DNA of 63,957 nucleotides, the filler included, from Octopus bimaculoides (taxonomy: Eukaryota), in the NCBI RefSeq assembly GCF_001194135.2. It is 7 parts of 7 records of this genome, joined end to end, with 100 filler letters (N's around TTAATTAATTAA, not from the genome) between each part and the next. Parts side by side here need not be neighbours in the genome. Positions count along the whole stretch, not along the records: positions 37,227 to 43,303 come from NC_069004.1; positions 43,404 to 57,656 come from NC_068983.1; 5 more parts are not named here. One strand, 5' to 3'. Shown here in pieces: positions 37,281 to 51,603 of the stretch. Made by a program: the position numbers and the translations under genes. Numbering within the stretch: the stretch's first letter is position 1; every line of letters starts with the position of its first letter. The notes under the pieces were generated by a model. It was not told where the DNA came from, did not search any database, and was given only the letters and a program-made list of their open reading frames with translations.

Positions 37281-39227
37281 ATGTATGTATGAGCATATAT
37301 ACATATAAGTATGTATGTATGCATGCATGTATGAATGTGTGTGTGTATGTATTCGTGCAGGCGTGGCTTTGTTGTAAGAAGTTTGGTTCTCAGCCACATT
37401 GCTCCAAGTTCAATTCCACTGCGTGGTGATCATATAGCCAAGTGTCTTCTACTGTAGCCTGAGGCTCACTTGAGTTTTTTGTGAGTAAATTTGATAGGCG
37501 GAAACCGAAAGAAGCGTGCTACATATGTGTCTGCATGTGTCGGGGGTATATTCTCTCAATACCTAAATATAGACATATGTCTGCAATTATGTGCATATAT
37601 ATATATATATATATATANNNNNNNNNNNNNNNNNNNNNNNNNNNNNNNNNNNNNNNNNNNNNNNNNNNNNNNNNNNNNNNNNNNNNNNNNNNNNNNNNNN
37701 NNNNNNNNNNNNNNNNNNNNNNNNNNNNNNNNNNNNNNNNNNNNNNNNNNNNNNNNNNNNNNNNNNNNNNNNNNNNNNNNNNNNNNNNNNNNNNNNNNNN
37801 NNNNNNNNNNNNNNNNNNNNNNNNNNNNNNNNNNNNNNNNNNNNNNNNNNNNNNNNNNNNNNNNNNNNNNNNNNNNNNNNNNNNNNNNNNNNNNNNNNNN
37901 NNNNNNNNNNNNNNNNNNNNNNNNNNNNNNNNNNNNNNNNNNNNNNNNNNNNNNNNNNNNNNNNNNNNNNNNNNNNNNNNNNNNNNNNNNNNNNNNNNNN
38001 NNNNNNNNNNNNNNNNNNNNNNNNNNNNNNNNNNNNNNNNNNNNNNNNNNNNNNNNNNNNNNNNNNNNNNNNNNNNNNNNNNNNNNNNNNNNNNNNNNNN
38101 NNNNNNNNNNNNNNNNNNNNNNNNNNNNNNNNNNNNNNNNNNNNNNNNNNNNNNNNNNNNNNNNNNNNNNNNNNNNNNNNNNNNNNNNNNNNNNNNNNNN
38201 NNNNNNNNNNNNNNNNNNNNNNNNNNNNNNNNNNNNNNNNNNNNNNNNNNNNNNNNNNNNNNNNNNNNNNNNNNNNNNNNNNNNNNNNNNNNNNNNNNNN
38301 NNNNNNNNNNNNNNNNNNNNNNNNNNNNNNNNNNNNNNNNNNNNNNNNNNNNNNNNNNNNNNNNNNNNNNNNNNNNNNNNNNNNNNNNNNNNNNNNNNNN
38401 NNNNNNNNNNNNNNNNNNNNNNNNNNNNNNNNNNNNNNNNNNNNNNNNNNNNNNNNNNNNNNNNNNNNNNNNNNNTATATATATATATATATGTATGTAT
38501 GTATGTATGTATGCATGTATGTATGTAATGCATATATATATATATGCATACTTGTGTAATTATGTGTATAGATAGATACATAGATATAATACATATATTT
38601 GTGCGTGCGCTTGTGTGTGTGTGTGTGTTCTCACACACGTGTATATATATATATATATATACACTTTAAAATTCCTGAGAATATTGGGGGGGGGGGTCCC
38701 CATACATATTTATTTTCACTTCTTCAGCATGTACCTTTGTTCCATGATAATACAAAAAAGAACGGGCATTTTCTTTGCTATACACACACCCACACATATG
38801 TTCATATAAATATATACATATATGCAAATATGCATATATGCATGTATGTATGCGTGTGTGTTGTGTGTATGTGGCGTGTGCATGTGTGTGTGCGTGTGTG
38901 CGTATGTGTGTGTTGGTGGTGAGGTGTCTTCACCATTCTCATCTTTCGTAGACGTCGGTAAATATTGTCACATTGTCGGAATCTCTACGAAGAAATTTCA
39001 TTTGGTCAAATGGAGAACAAATATATGCATGCGTGTGTTTGCCTGCGCGTGCCCTTGTGTGTGTTGTACATACATACATGCAAACCTATATACAAACACA
39101 CACACACAAGCATACACACATACACATACGTGCATATTGGTATACACATGTGTATATATGTGTGTGTGTGTGTGTCCACACACCAAACAAGTATGATCCT
39201 GTGTTTTTGTAGGCATATATATATGCA

Positions 39228-39261
<34 letters not shown>

Positions 39262-39499
39262 CATATATATCTGTATATGTGAGTGTGTGAGTGCATCTAT
39301 ATGTATATATATAAATATATATATATATACATACGCACATATATATATATACACACACAAAGACATATACATATATATGGACATATTTGTATATATATAT
39401 ATATAGAGAGAGAGAGAGATGCACCACACGCAAGCACATATAAGAATGTGTTTACATTCTTGTTACTGTCATAGGTAGGTTTCGTGATGTTTAAATATA

Positions 39500-39559
<60 letters not shown>

Positions 39560-39838
39560 TGGAATATGTGTTTGTTTGTTTGTATGTATGTATGTATGTA
39601 TGTATGTAAGTACACCGAGAGTGAACAGAAGAGAAAACGAGTCAAACGTATTAAATATGGCGTTGCTTTTGGCTTTTGTTTTTTTTTTCTTTCTCTTTTA
39701 AACCTCCGCGTAAAATGCATTAAAATTCCGACTAAGCTCTCACTTTGTGACCCTCTTCCTTCGAGGCAGAATTTTTTTATACGAGTATGTATTGTATAGA
39801 TGACAGTTGAGATAAATATTTTAATATGTAGTGGTTTG

Positions 39839-39870
<32 letters not shown>

Positions 39871-40084
39871 TACGCACATATACATTCATGAAGCGATCGA
39901 TGCGACCTCTATGTATTTATGCTATCAACTAGAAATTCAGATGTGAACAAAAGTTGATGTACAGTTTCTTAACATGAGTGGAATGTTCTTTACCATTTCT
40001 CTCTTTCTTTTAGGATAAGAATTCTGATTTTATGTTCTTTTTTTACTAATTCTTTCTATAGCAAAATAATTACTAATGATTTGT

Positions 40085-40420
40085 AGGGTGATCCCAGGCG
40101 CTTCGCTCATGAATGACCGTGGGATTGCACCTAGAAAGTTGCTCTCCGAGGCACAAGTCCGGGCAAGGTGGTTTGTGGAAGGCCAGCAGTCGCCCCTACA
40201 TGCCTTTCCATTGGATAACATTGGTGGTGTGGAGAGGGGAAGGCCAGCAATCGCCCCTACATACCAGCCTCCCCCTCTCCACACCACCATTGTTATCCAA
40301 TGGAAAGGCAAAGGCCAATACAGCTTCACACCAGTGACGTCGCAAATCAGTCTTACAGCTGAGTGAACACAACCTCATGATCGTAAGCGCGACGCTCTAG
40401 CCACTGAGCCATGTGCCTTC
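40085..40420 (-). mobile_element. SINE family D with an internal duplication-inversion
   Basis: Homologous to 11185-11462. Inverted arms at 40203-40240 and 40271-40308. Confidence 0.8.
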
Positions 40421-41188
40421 ACTAATGATTTGTAGGTACGTGGTATTTCATTATGCAACCATACTATACTATAAAGTATATTAAATGTCTTTTATAAGTC
40501 AACACCACGTCCTACTGTGTTAGTAGTGCGTTTTACATTATTTTGTTGAGGTTATTTCTACAGATCTTCTGTAGAAATTATAACCAGCACTGAGATTTAT
40601 GTATGTATGTATGCACTGAGATGTATGTATGTATGTATGTATGTATGTAAGTATACATGAGTTATATAATGTTTTTTCACCACATGGCCAATTGCTACAT
40701 CTCTTCTCTCCTCGGAGGTGTATCATGCACATGTAAGCTTCTACCCCCAGTGGCATACAAGCCACGGAAACCGGAACAATGAAATCCGGCTCGGCGGGTA
40801 AAACAGGGAGACTCTAAAAACTTGGAGTGAACTTCAATAAACACATATTTTACTGCGCGAGGAAAAATACGCATTGTGAATAAACGAACGATTTCTCTCG
40901 TTCCCTCTCTCCCCCCATCTCACTCTCTCTGTCTTGGAGAGGAGATGGGCGGGTGCTAGATACGAAATATCGGCTTCACCTACTTTCAGCGCTTTGCTGC
41001 CGACCTCTGACGGAGTTACATGAATCACATTAATTTGTATAACAGTTCAAGAATGACCAACAAGAATTAATTAACAGGAACGCAGCAATAGGGACATCCT
41101 ATACACATACACACATATGTATATACATATACACACACATATANNNNNNNNNNNNNNNNNNNNNNNNNNNNNNNNNNNNNNNNNNNNN

Positions 41189-41224
<36 letters not shown>

Positions 41225-41580
41225 TGTGATTTAAATAAAAGCAAACATAAGCTTAGCTGTGCTATTGAATTAATTAATTAAATGACGTTATTAATGTTTG
41301 CACTGTTTGAAATTTAGACAACCAGCTTAGATCTGACAGGGATTGGATATAAAGTACTGTTTGTGTGTGTGAGAGAGAGTGTGTGAGTGCGTGTGTGCAC
41401 GCGCGCGTGTGTGTGCATTCATACATATGTATAGATAGATAGATATAGATATACATTTGCATATACATATATGTGTATGTCTATATATAAACATATTGAG
41501 AGATATGCATATATATACACACACATACATATATGAATAGGTATATATATATATATGTATATATGTGTGTTTATTTGTAT

Positions 41581-41611
<31 letters not shown>

Positions 41612-42060
41612 TTGTGTGTGTGTATATGTCTATGTATATAAATATATAGACTATGTACGTATAAAAATTTCCATACAAAGTTAAATTTCCCGAGATGTAA
41701 TTTTAAATGAAGTGGGAATATCGAACCCGGAACCGTTCACTTCGTGAAATCAAACTTTTTATACATTTATTATATTACTACATAGGTTATCAGTCATAGA
41801 AAATCAAAGCACACACACATATACACACATTCATATACTCGTGCGGACATATATTTAAACAACTGCATATAGATATATGCGTGTGTGCGTGTGTATGTGA
41901 GTGTGTAGAAATATCTATGCATGTGTATGTATGTATTCATGTACATTTATGTAATTATTTAAAAACACAACACATATATATGTATGTGTATATATATGCA
42001 TACATATACAAGTATATATGTATAGATATAAATATATTATTTCGTGTGTGTGTGTACGTG

Positions 42061-42124
<64 letters not shown>

Positions 42125-42670
42125 CCCAGTGCGCACGAGAAACACACGAGTAAAATAAAATGAACACGCCAATAGAAAATACTAAAACCGAGATAAATAA
42201 CACAAGTCCACACAACAAAAAAGAAAAGCTACAGTAATATCTCGATAATGACTCACGAGACACTATTTCCAGTCAAGCAGGAGAACTTCATTAAAAGTGA
42301 TGACGGCAATAAGAACAACAACTACGACAGTGCTACGATGACAGAAACAACAACAACCACAGCAACGATNNNNNNNNNNNNNNNNNNNNNNNNNNNNNNN
42401 NNNNNNNNNNNNNNNNNNNNNNNNNNNNNNNNNNNNNNNNNNNNNNNNNNNNNNNNNNNNNNNNNNNNNNNNNNNNNNNNNNNNNNNNNNNNNNNNNNNN
42501 NNNNNNNNNNNNNNNNNNNNNNNNNNNNNNNNNNNNNNNNNNNNNNNNNNNNNNNNNNNNNNNNNNNNNNNNNNNNNNNNNNNNNNNNNNNNNNNNNNNN
42601 NNNNNNNNNNNNNNNNNNNNNNNNNNNNNNNNNNNNNNNNNNNNNNNNNNNNNNNNNNNNNNNNNNNNNN

Positions 42671-42701
<31 letters not shown>

Positions 42702-43097
42702 GCGTGTGTGTGTTTGAGTGAGTGTTTGTGTGTGTATGCGTGTGTGATTTCTTTAGGTTATTTTCCTGGCTGACCGGCCGAATAGGTGGATGGTTGGTAG
42801 AGTGGACGGTTAAGTTTACGCATGTGTGTGCGTGTGTGTGCATATGTGTGCGTATGGGTGTGTGAGTGTGTGTATGTGTGTGTATGTGCGTGTGAGGATG
42901 GGCAGGTGTTTGAAACATAAAGTAAAGCATAAATGTATGTAACGTGCATATATATGTATTTGTAAGTATATATATAGCTATACATAAGTAAGTATATAGA
43001 CAGACAGACAGACAGACAGACAGATAGACATACGTATGTAGTTACCTTTGTGATTGCATATATATGCTTGTATTTCTTAACACTCACACACACACGT

Positions 43098-43137
<40 letters not shown>

Positions 43138-43587
43138 TCACGATGGTTTGTCGTATTCTATGAATCTCTATATATAGGACAATCTCAATATTTTTCGATG
43201 ACAAGAACAACAATCATGGTGTTGTTGATGATGATAGTGATGATGAGGAGAAGGCGGAGGAGGAGATTAGAAAGCAAGAAGAAACGGTAAAGAAATTTTC
43301 AAANNNNNNNNNNNNNNNNNNNNNNNNNNNNNNNNNNNNNNNNNNNNTTAATTAATTAANNNNNNNNNNNNNNNNNNNNNNNNNNNNNNNNNNNNNNNNN
43401 NNNATATATATATATATATATATATACATGCATACATGCATGTATACATACATATACGCGCACATATATGCGAACAAATACCTACATACAATTTTTTAAT
43501 TAGTTTCTGAATATTTCGTCTTTATTTTGCATTAATATCGCATTAAAGAACTTTCAGATAATGCGAACAGACCGTCCAATAATGGCA

Positions 43588-43780
43588 TCAAATTTTGGCA
43601 CAAGGCCAGTAATTTTGGGGGAGAGGGAAGTTAACTACATCGTGCTGGTACTTATTTTATCAACCTCGAAAGGATGAAAGGCAAAGTTGATCAAGGCAGA
43701 ATTTGAACTCAGAACATAAAAACAGAAGAAATACCGTTAAGCGTTTTGCTCCGTACGGTGACAGTTCTGCCAGCTCGCCG
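43588..43780 (-). mobile_element. SINE family B
   Basis: ggcacaaggcc...gaaaggatgaaaggcaaagtt...ctgccagctcgcc. Confidence 0.8.
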
Positions 43781-45631
43781 CACTCAAACCTTCTAATAAA
43801 AATCTATGAGAGCAAAGAATATGGGTTGTTTGATATTTGAGATCGGTGTTTTGAGTAGCTGTTATATCTGATGGGAACTATGTGTTTGTGTGATCGTTTC
43901 CTGTTTGTGTTTCTGTTTGAGTAAGTGTTTAGTCACACTGAAAGCGGTTAACGTGTGAATTTCCTACAAAAATGAAGAAAAATTAAAATATTTTCCTTTG
44001 CGATTTTCCGAAGGTAAGGTAAAATAGAGAAAAGAAAAGAAATTAATAGTTATTGAAAAATTGTATAGTCATTAAAGTGGGTAAACATAGGAAAATTACT
44101 ATACAAGAAAGAACACCGACAATTTAAGGTGTGAAATAAGATTTCAAAGCGAAGCGATCAGTTTGAATTTCTTGTTATAGCTGTTTCTATGTTCCCAATG
44201 CAATAATGTATATATTGTTTTGACGTCATGCAGAAAGGTGTTCAAAGTACTAACATGTTCAGTTTCGAGTTTTATTTAGTCGTCAAAGCTATGGCCATGC
44301 TGGAGTATATGCGGAATTGTGTTGTTTTAATAGATTTTTATAAATTAATCGCCGCAAATTTTTTGACAAGCGAGTCGGTGGTAACTACCCTCCGTAGTTA
44401 TATCCTTCATGAGATGTTTAACTTGAGGAACTAGAAAGAAGTGAAGAAGTGGCTCGAGATAACCTTCAACGGTGCTATGGAAATTAAGGGTACATAATTT
44501 TGGGAAGGTTATATAACAGAAGGCGTTCAATGCAAAATTATTTCAGTATAGACTCGTGATTCAAGATTGTTGAGTAAGAATGTGAGGCGATTTCCAGAGT
44601 TACGTTCGATTCTTTTAAATAACTATACACACAAGAAGCAACCTAAGATTATAATACCAGAATGTATAACATATATGATATGTATACAAACGTGAAACAA
44701 TACTGGCTATAACAAGTTGTCCCAGAGTTGTGCTCTAAGTACAGAGTTTAGCATAGCATGCAGGCAGATCACCGGACGCTGTGTTTCGACTTTATTCGGT
44801 CGTTTTACTTCCTGTATGACATAAATGGAAGAAAGAACATTTAAAATCTACCCACAATGAATTGGATAGTTCTGCACTTTGTAATACAATTATTCTTAAA
44901 TTGCTAAAATATCTTATATAAGAAAAGGAAACTCAGATAGTTCTGGCAGAAGTTTTTTCTTTTTTTTTTTTTCTCGAAGGATAAACCACATATTCGAAGA
45001 TTTTGACTGAAGTTGTGTAACACGTCTGAATTCACCAGCCTTCATACCATCTGAACTAATTTTACGAATTTATTTACTGTTTCTCGAGGATGCACATCAA
45101 CACTAGTTTTCCAATGTCAGTTGAGTTAATGCCTGAATGTCTTCCCAAATTTTCCAGCCGTATCTGTTACGTTATTTCCATATACTATAACGTTGAATAT
45201 TAATACTACCACCAAACGTAAACATAACATTAACCCTTTCAATGAGATAAAGAACGACGCCACTACGATATCAAGGTTAGGAACAAGATAGTATATGACT
45301 CAGAAAAAGTAGTTTCCATAAAACAATCCGATATCACATCGTATTCTAAGCATTATCGGGTTCCATCCGGTTGTTGAAATATCAAGCATATATACACATT
45401 CACACCCACCCACACGCACACGCACACACACACACACACACACACACGCATACACACACACATGCACACACACACACAAACAGACACACATACACACACG
45501 CGCGTTTATATACATCTGTAAATGAATATAGATATATGTGTGTGTGTGTGGATATATATGTATGTATGTGTATATATATATATATGTATCTGTGTGTGTA
45601 TGGATATATATATATATAAATATGTATATAC

Positions 45632-45680
<49 letters not shown>

Positions 45681-45917
45681 AGAGTACTACTTGAGCACCT
45701 GCATCGCTAAAAATAGAAGTAAAAAATATATTTCTATGCCGCGGAATAGTCATACACACACACACACACATACACACACACACATACACACACACATACA
45801 CACACACATGCACTCACTTCCTCATTGTTGTTATTTCAGTGAATATCCTCATTTAGTAATATTATACATTTAATAAGAGCTTTATTTAGCTGACAACTCT
45901 CTTGCCATTACGCACGC

Positions 45918-45961
<44 letters not shown>

Positions 45962-46701
45962 ATCACACCTATACAGGGACATACACATGTATAACTGTTT
46001 TTAACAGTGGCTTTTGAGTAGTCAGGTAGTGCGTTATTACCTTAAAACGAACGTATAAAACCTACATGTAACTTTATTCATATCCATAAATACGGTGTGA
46101 AATTGAGTCGTTAGACTCTCAGATAGATTGCTTTGACCGAAATCTTCCGGCTTTCTGTAATTTGAGTTTGAATTCCGCTGAGATAAGCATTTGCATTTCA
46201 GCTTTCCAGGGTCAATAGATTGAGCATCAATTTAGTGCTAGGATCAATTTCTTCCTTCCTTCCTTCCTTCCTTCCTTCCTTCCTTCCTGTTTGCTATTCC
46301 TTGCAGAAGAAATCTGCTGTGGTCAAGCATCGGAAGAGAGAAACTACGCCAGGTCTGAAACTGCTCAATGAGTTGAGCAATGAAAGCAAAGGAATACAAC
46401 CCATACGCATATCCAAATGTGGGTGTCGATATAGTGGCCTCATGATTGTCAGGTCGTTGGTTCGAATCCCTGACTGGCCGGCTTGTTGTGTACTTGGGTA
46501 CGACACTTCATTCCATGACGTGTCAGTCTATACAGATATACGTGAGAAACAGCCGAGTACTGGTGAAGCTCAGTTTCCTCACATAGGTGTCGCATCCTCC
46601 ATGTTCTACTGAGTTAGAAGTAGGAACGATGAAAGGGTGTTTATGTCAACTCGCGACAACATGGGCTCTAGATTCACTCTGCATTCTTTAGCTTCATTAC
46701 T

Positions 46702-46873
46702 ATGGCAAGAGTTCGGATACTTTTGATCAGACCTGCTATTATGTTAAAATGTCGTATGTCCAAATTTGGCCTAATACCTTATCTTCAATATTTATTTTGG
46801 CTTGCAATAGCCGGTTCTTTTGGTCAAACTATCGTATCCCCAGCTGCTTCAGATGCCAAGATATCAAAGATTG
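46702..46873 (+). CDS. Candidate signal-peptide-coding exon of an unidentified gene
   Basis: Acceptor ttctttag at 46690-46691, ATG at 46702, hydrophobic LQYLFWLAIAGSFG-QT, and a phase-1 donor G|GTAAAG at 46874. No downstream exon identified. Confidence 0.3.
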
Positions 46874-47210
46874 GTAAAGTTTAGTACAACGGTTTTGCTA
46901 TGGAATGGTGAAATTATGTTTTCGTTTTCTGAAAAAAAAAGCAACAATTTGGACTTACGACACTTTTGCTTAATAGCAACACTATATATCAGGATTTAAG
47001 TATGTGTAAGTATGTAACTCTATGCTTTTCTGTATAAAGTTCTTTTTTAAAAAACTACATTAACGTCTATTTACAAGCAACTAAAGTTCATCTAAAAAGC
47101 AAGAAAATACTCCAGTAAGTGAGCACACTTGTGCTAGTTGTGTTTGTACACACATTAATATGTATTTTTGTTGGAAACTTATTAACCGACTTTTCTTTCT
47201 TATTCTCTGC

Positions 47211-47349
47211 TGACGTCATTTCAATTAACAAAAGTGAAATCGCCTGATTTCATTTCTAACCAAGACATGGTGGACAACATATTCAATTGCACTTCCGGTC
47301 TGTTCGTTCTCTACGGTCGACATTGTGTACAGTATAGTATTCTGATTGG
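47211..47349. promoter_or_regulatory. Cluster of CRE, ETS and CCAAT motifs
   Basis: TGACGTCA at 47211-47218, ACTTCCGG at 47291-47298, ATTGG at 47345-47349, all in unique sequence. Confidence 0.3.
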
Positions 47350-47519
47350 TAGCAACAGCTCCGTGAGGTTGCTCTCTTTACTAACAATCTCAGCAAATAG
47401 AAAAAGATAAAGAACAAAATGGAAAAAGAAGGGGCTAAAAATTATTAGAAAAACAGAAAAAAGGTTTTGCTATAGATACTTCTTGCTTTTATTGCAAAAA
47501 ATGTGAAGTGAGGTATTCT

Positions 47520-47654
47520 TCGTGAATGGTGTATTGAGTGAGTGCGTGTGTATGTGTGTGCGCGTGCATATGTGTGTGCGTGCCTGTGTGTATGTGTGTT
47601 TTTATATATATGTATATATGTATATATGTATATATATGTATATACATATGTATG

Positions 47655-47691
<37 letters not shown>

Positions 47692-48104
47692 ATGTATATA
47701 TATATGTATATATATATATATGTGTGTGTGAGTATGTACATGTGTGTGTGTGAGTGTGTATATACATGTATATATACACATACATATGTAGACGTAGAAG
47801 AACATGGATATATAAATGTATGTATTTATTTATTTCTCCCTCTGCTTCCCTCTCTATCAATATTTATATATAACTTCATGTGTATACATACATACATACA
47901 TATATACATGCATACATACAAACATACATATATATATATGTGTGTATATATGTATATATATGTATGTATATATAAGTATTTACATTTAAGTTTATATATG
48001 AGTACATATATGTTTATGTAGATATATATGTATGCGTATACATATAAATATATATATTCATATGCCTGCGTAGACATACATACACTTAAGCATATCACAC
48101 GCGC

Positions 48105-48147
<43 letters not shown>

Positions 48148-48150
48148 AAG
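47520..48150. repeat. TA/TG/CA microsatellite field
   Basis: Seen directly. Confidence 0.9.
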
Positions 48151-48749
48151 CATTTTACATTTTTGGTGCATAATATAAGAGTTCACTGTAGCCTTTTTGT
48201 TAAAAGTGCGTAGATTTGCTTTTAGATTTGTGATGTGATGTGTAAGGTAAACAGGTATATGTATCGAATGCTAAACGTTGTATGCAATCAACCTCATAAT
48301 TGTTTATACTCCTGAACAGGTCGGTGAATGCTGTGAACAGAGCAGATGAGTACAGTGAAATTTAAGGCTGAGTGCATGAAATGATTACTTCTGACTCAGT
48401 AGCTTATCTACATGATGACGAACGCTCACAGCATACATGCACGCAGGTACACACAGGCATAGAGAGACACAGACAGACACAGACGGACAGGCATATTTGA
48501 AATTATACTATATTATGTATGTATGCATGTATGTATATATGTATGTATGTATGCATGTATCTATGTATGTATGTATGTATGGTAATGTTCTAGATGTCTT
48601 GTAGCGAAGCCTTTATTTAACTCTAGAAGTACCAAACGGTCATTAATGACCGCATTTGCTTTTACTTTCTAATTTGTACAACTGTATTGGATGTGCAATC
48701 ATGAGCAACCTTTTTATATGTTTGCATGTATGCATGCATGTATGTATGT

Positions 48750-48810
<61 letters not shown>

Positions 48811-48817
<7 letters not shown>

Positions 48818-49158
48818 TAGAAAAAATAATAAGGTACTCAGAGACCAGGATGGTTGTACATTTACAGATTTTTATTGATATGTCACATGTTTTTATAAAT
48901 TAGAGCTTGCATCTATTCTTATAGATTCTCCAGATTTAATTTTTCTTCAAATGATTTGTCTCTTTTTATAGTATTATTAATTTTTATAGTATTATTAATA
49001 CTATAAATAGAGACAAATTCTCTGAAGAAAAATTATATCTGGAGAATCTACAAGAATAGATGCAAGCTCTAATTTATAAAAACATGTGACATATTAATAA
49101 AAATCTGTAAATGTACAACCATCCAGATTTCTGAGTACCATATTTTTTCTAATATATA
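48811..49158. mobile_element. Near-perfect palindrome (about 165-bp arms) in TA context
   Basis: 48811-48977 is the reverse complement of 48997-49158. An 18-bp direct duplication tttttatagtattattaa sits at the centre. Confidence 0.85.
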
Positions 49159-49186
49159 ATTCCTGTACATCACCTCCAAACCTAAT

Positions 49187-49237
<51 letters not shown>

Positions 49238-49492
49238 NNNNNNNNNNNNNNNATATATATTGTGTACATAAATAAATGCTACAAGACTGTATTTTCAAAC
49301 CCTTTATTCACTGCATTAGTTTATATTTTAAATAAATTGTGTTAAATAAAGATTTTCAATGCCGGTCTAAATTGACCATAATATGGTCCTTGTAGGAAGT
49401 AAGAAATGTTGGTACTTTTAGTGTTAAACTATGCAGATGGATTGTTCATATTCTATTCTCAATAAGCGAGATAAACTCTATGTTTGTAAATT

Positions 49493-50265
49493 TGACGAGC
49501 TGGCAAACTCATTACTGCGCCGGACAGAATGCTCAGCGGTATTTCGTTCGTCTTTACGTTCTGAGTTCAAGTTCCTTTGAGGTTTCATTTGCCTTTCATT
49601 CTTTTGGGATCGATGAAATAAGTAGCAAGTGAGCACTGGGCCTCATGTCCGAAATTGCATGCTCTGTGCCAAAATTTGAAACCGTTATTTATTTTTGTAA
49701 AAGTGACGAACTGGCAGAATCGTTACAATGCCGGACAAAATGCTTAGCGGCATTTCATCCATCTTTACGTTATGAGTTCATATTCTGCTGACATCGATTC
49801 CGCCTTCACCCGTTCAGGATCAATAAAATAAATGCTAGTTAAGCATTGAGATCGACATAATCAACTTGTCTCTCCTGTCAAAATACTTCAGACCTTGTGC
49901 CTACAGTAGAAAAGCTATAGTAGAAAAGTCGGCGAGCACGCCGGACAAAATGCTTTGCAACTCCTTTCCCAGCTTTACATTCCGTGTTCAAAATCCGCCG
50001 GGGTAGTCGACTAGCTTCCTTTCCTGAAATCTCAAAACTTGTACTCATTTTCCCTAAAGGTGATGAGCTTGCAAAGCCGTTACCGCACCGCAAATTATGC
50101 TTAGCGGCATTTCTTCCGGTTCTTTATCTTCTGAATTTAAGTCCTGTCGATGTTGGCTTTTCCTTTCAACCATTTGGGGTCCATACCATAATGCCAGTTA
50201 AGTAATGACCTTTTTTTTCTCTTCAAAATTGCAGGCATTGCGCCCAAATCAGAAAGAATTATTCT
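49493..50265 (+). mobile_element. Four head-to-tail diverged SINE family B copies
   Basis: Heads at about 49493, 49703, 49928 and 50062 (gacgagctggca / gacgaactggca / ggcgagcacgccgg / gatgagcttgca). Confidence 0.7.
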
Positions 50266-51189
50266 CGTACTTGAGAATTCTGCTGCTCATTTCGCTCTAA
50301 TTCCTAATTGAACTCACTAACTCCGAACACTACAATATTTGACACTTCATGCTTATTCAATGCTTACATTCATTATGCCACTGTTCCGTAGGAAAATGAT
50401 TTTATGGTGTATATGATTATTAAACATAGGTTGACCATAGGATTCCGAGTGAAATTAGGTTAATGAAAAGTGCGTGGGAGTTCGCTGGATGGGGATTGTT
50501 CTTTCCGGTGATAGATCTACGCGTTGCCCGGATTAACACAATTGCCTGGTTCTTGGGTTCCTTTAGCAGTGTCCATTTTACTCTGTAGCAAGCATTGGGG
50601 ACATCACCGGTGTGAAGAAACTTCTGTTTTTTCGCTCCTACCAGATAAAATGCAAAGAAATAAAGAAAGATTGAAGGAAAGAATGAAAAAAAGTAAAAAA
50701 GAAAGAAAGAACGAAAAGTAAACACGAAGATAATTAAATTACGAATTAGAAGCTCCTCTAGTAATGTAAACATTATCGTCGCATTTTCACAATGTATATA
50801 TAAAACACACACACCTTGCAAAAGTGCCAAATATCTGTATCTACCATTCACGGTGATTTCGAGGCGAGTTGTCTCGCTTGATCTGTGATATTCAAGTGTT
50901 TTTTAACACACGGACATTATCCCGCACCCAATTTGGCGTATAAACAAAACTTATACACCGCGTACGTGCGAATGATAATGAACATAACTACAACAGGAAG
51001 TGACGACATCATCGCCTTATCTGGTTAAGTTTCTTTAGATTGAAATGCTTCGTTGGTTTAAGCCTCAGTCACCAGTTCATCAATATTAGTATTGTATTCG
51101 ATAGCTTAAAAGACACTCAAACATAATAGATGCATCCCAATTTCAGCAGCGCGTATTCAGGAAAGAATGATTTTAGTGCAGGAAAGCGT

Positions 51190-51603
51190 GTGGTATTGGT
51201 TTCAAATATTGGCACAAAGCTAGCATCTTTGCTAGGAGCAGGAGGTGGGTGGGGGTTAAATTGACACTAGTGCTTAACTGGTATTTATTTTATTGACCCC
51301 GAAATGTTCGAAGACAAAGCCAACTTAGAACGTAAAGAGGTACGACATGCCGCTAAGCATTTTGCTCATGTACCAACGATTCTTATTTCTTTCTTGCCCA
51401 AAAGGGGCTAAACATAGAGCGGACAAACAAGGACAGACAAAGGTATTAAGTCAATTACATCGTAACTGGTACTTAATTTATCGACCCCGAAAGGATGAAA
51501 GGCAAAGTCAACCTCGGCGGAAATTGATCTCAGAACGTAACGACAGACGAAATACCGCTTAGCATTTCGCCTAGCGTGCTAACGATTCTGCCTGCTCGCC
51601 GCC
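51190..51603 (-). mobile_element. Two stacked SINE family B copies (older 51190-51379, younger 51380-51603)
   Basis: The younger copy is near-identical to 26766-26987. Confidence 0.8.

Noticed and set aside
50420-50640. Minus-strand exon candidate after a polypyrimidine tract
   Set aside because: The acceptor is plausible, but the translation is unrecognisable and no donor was identified.
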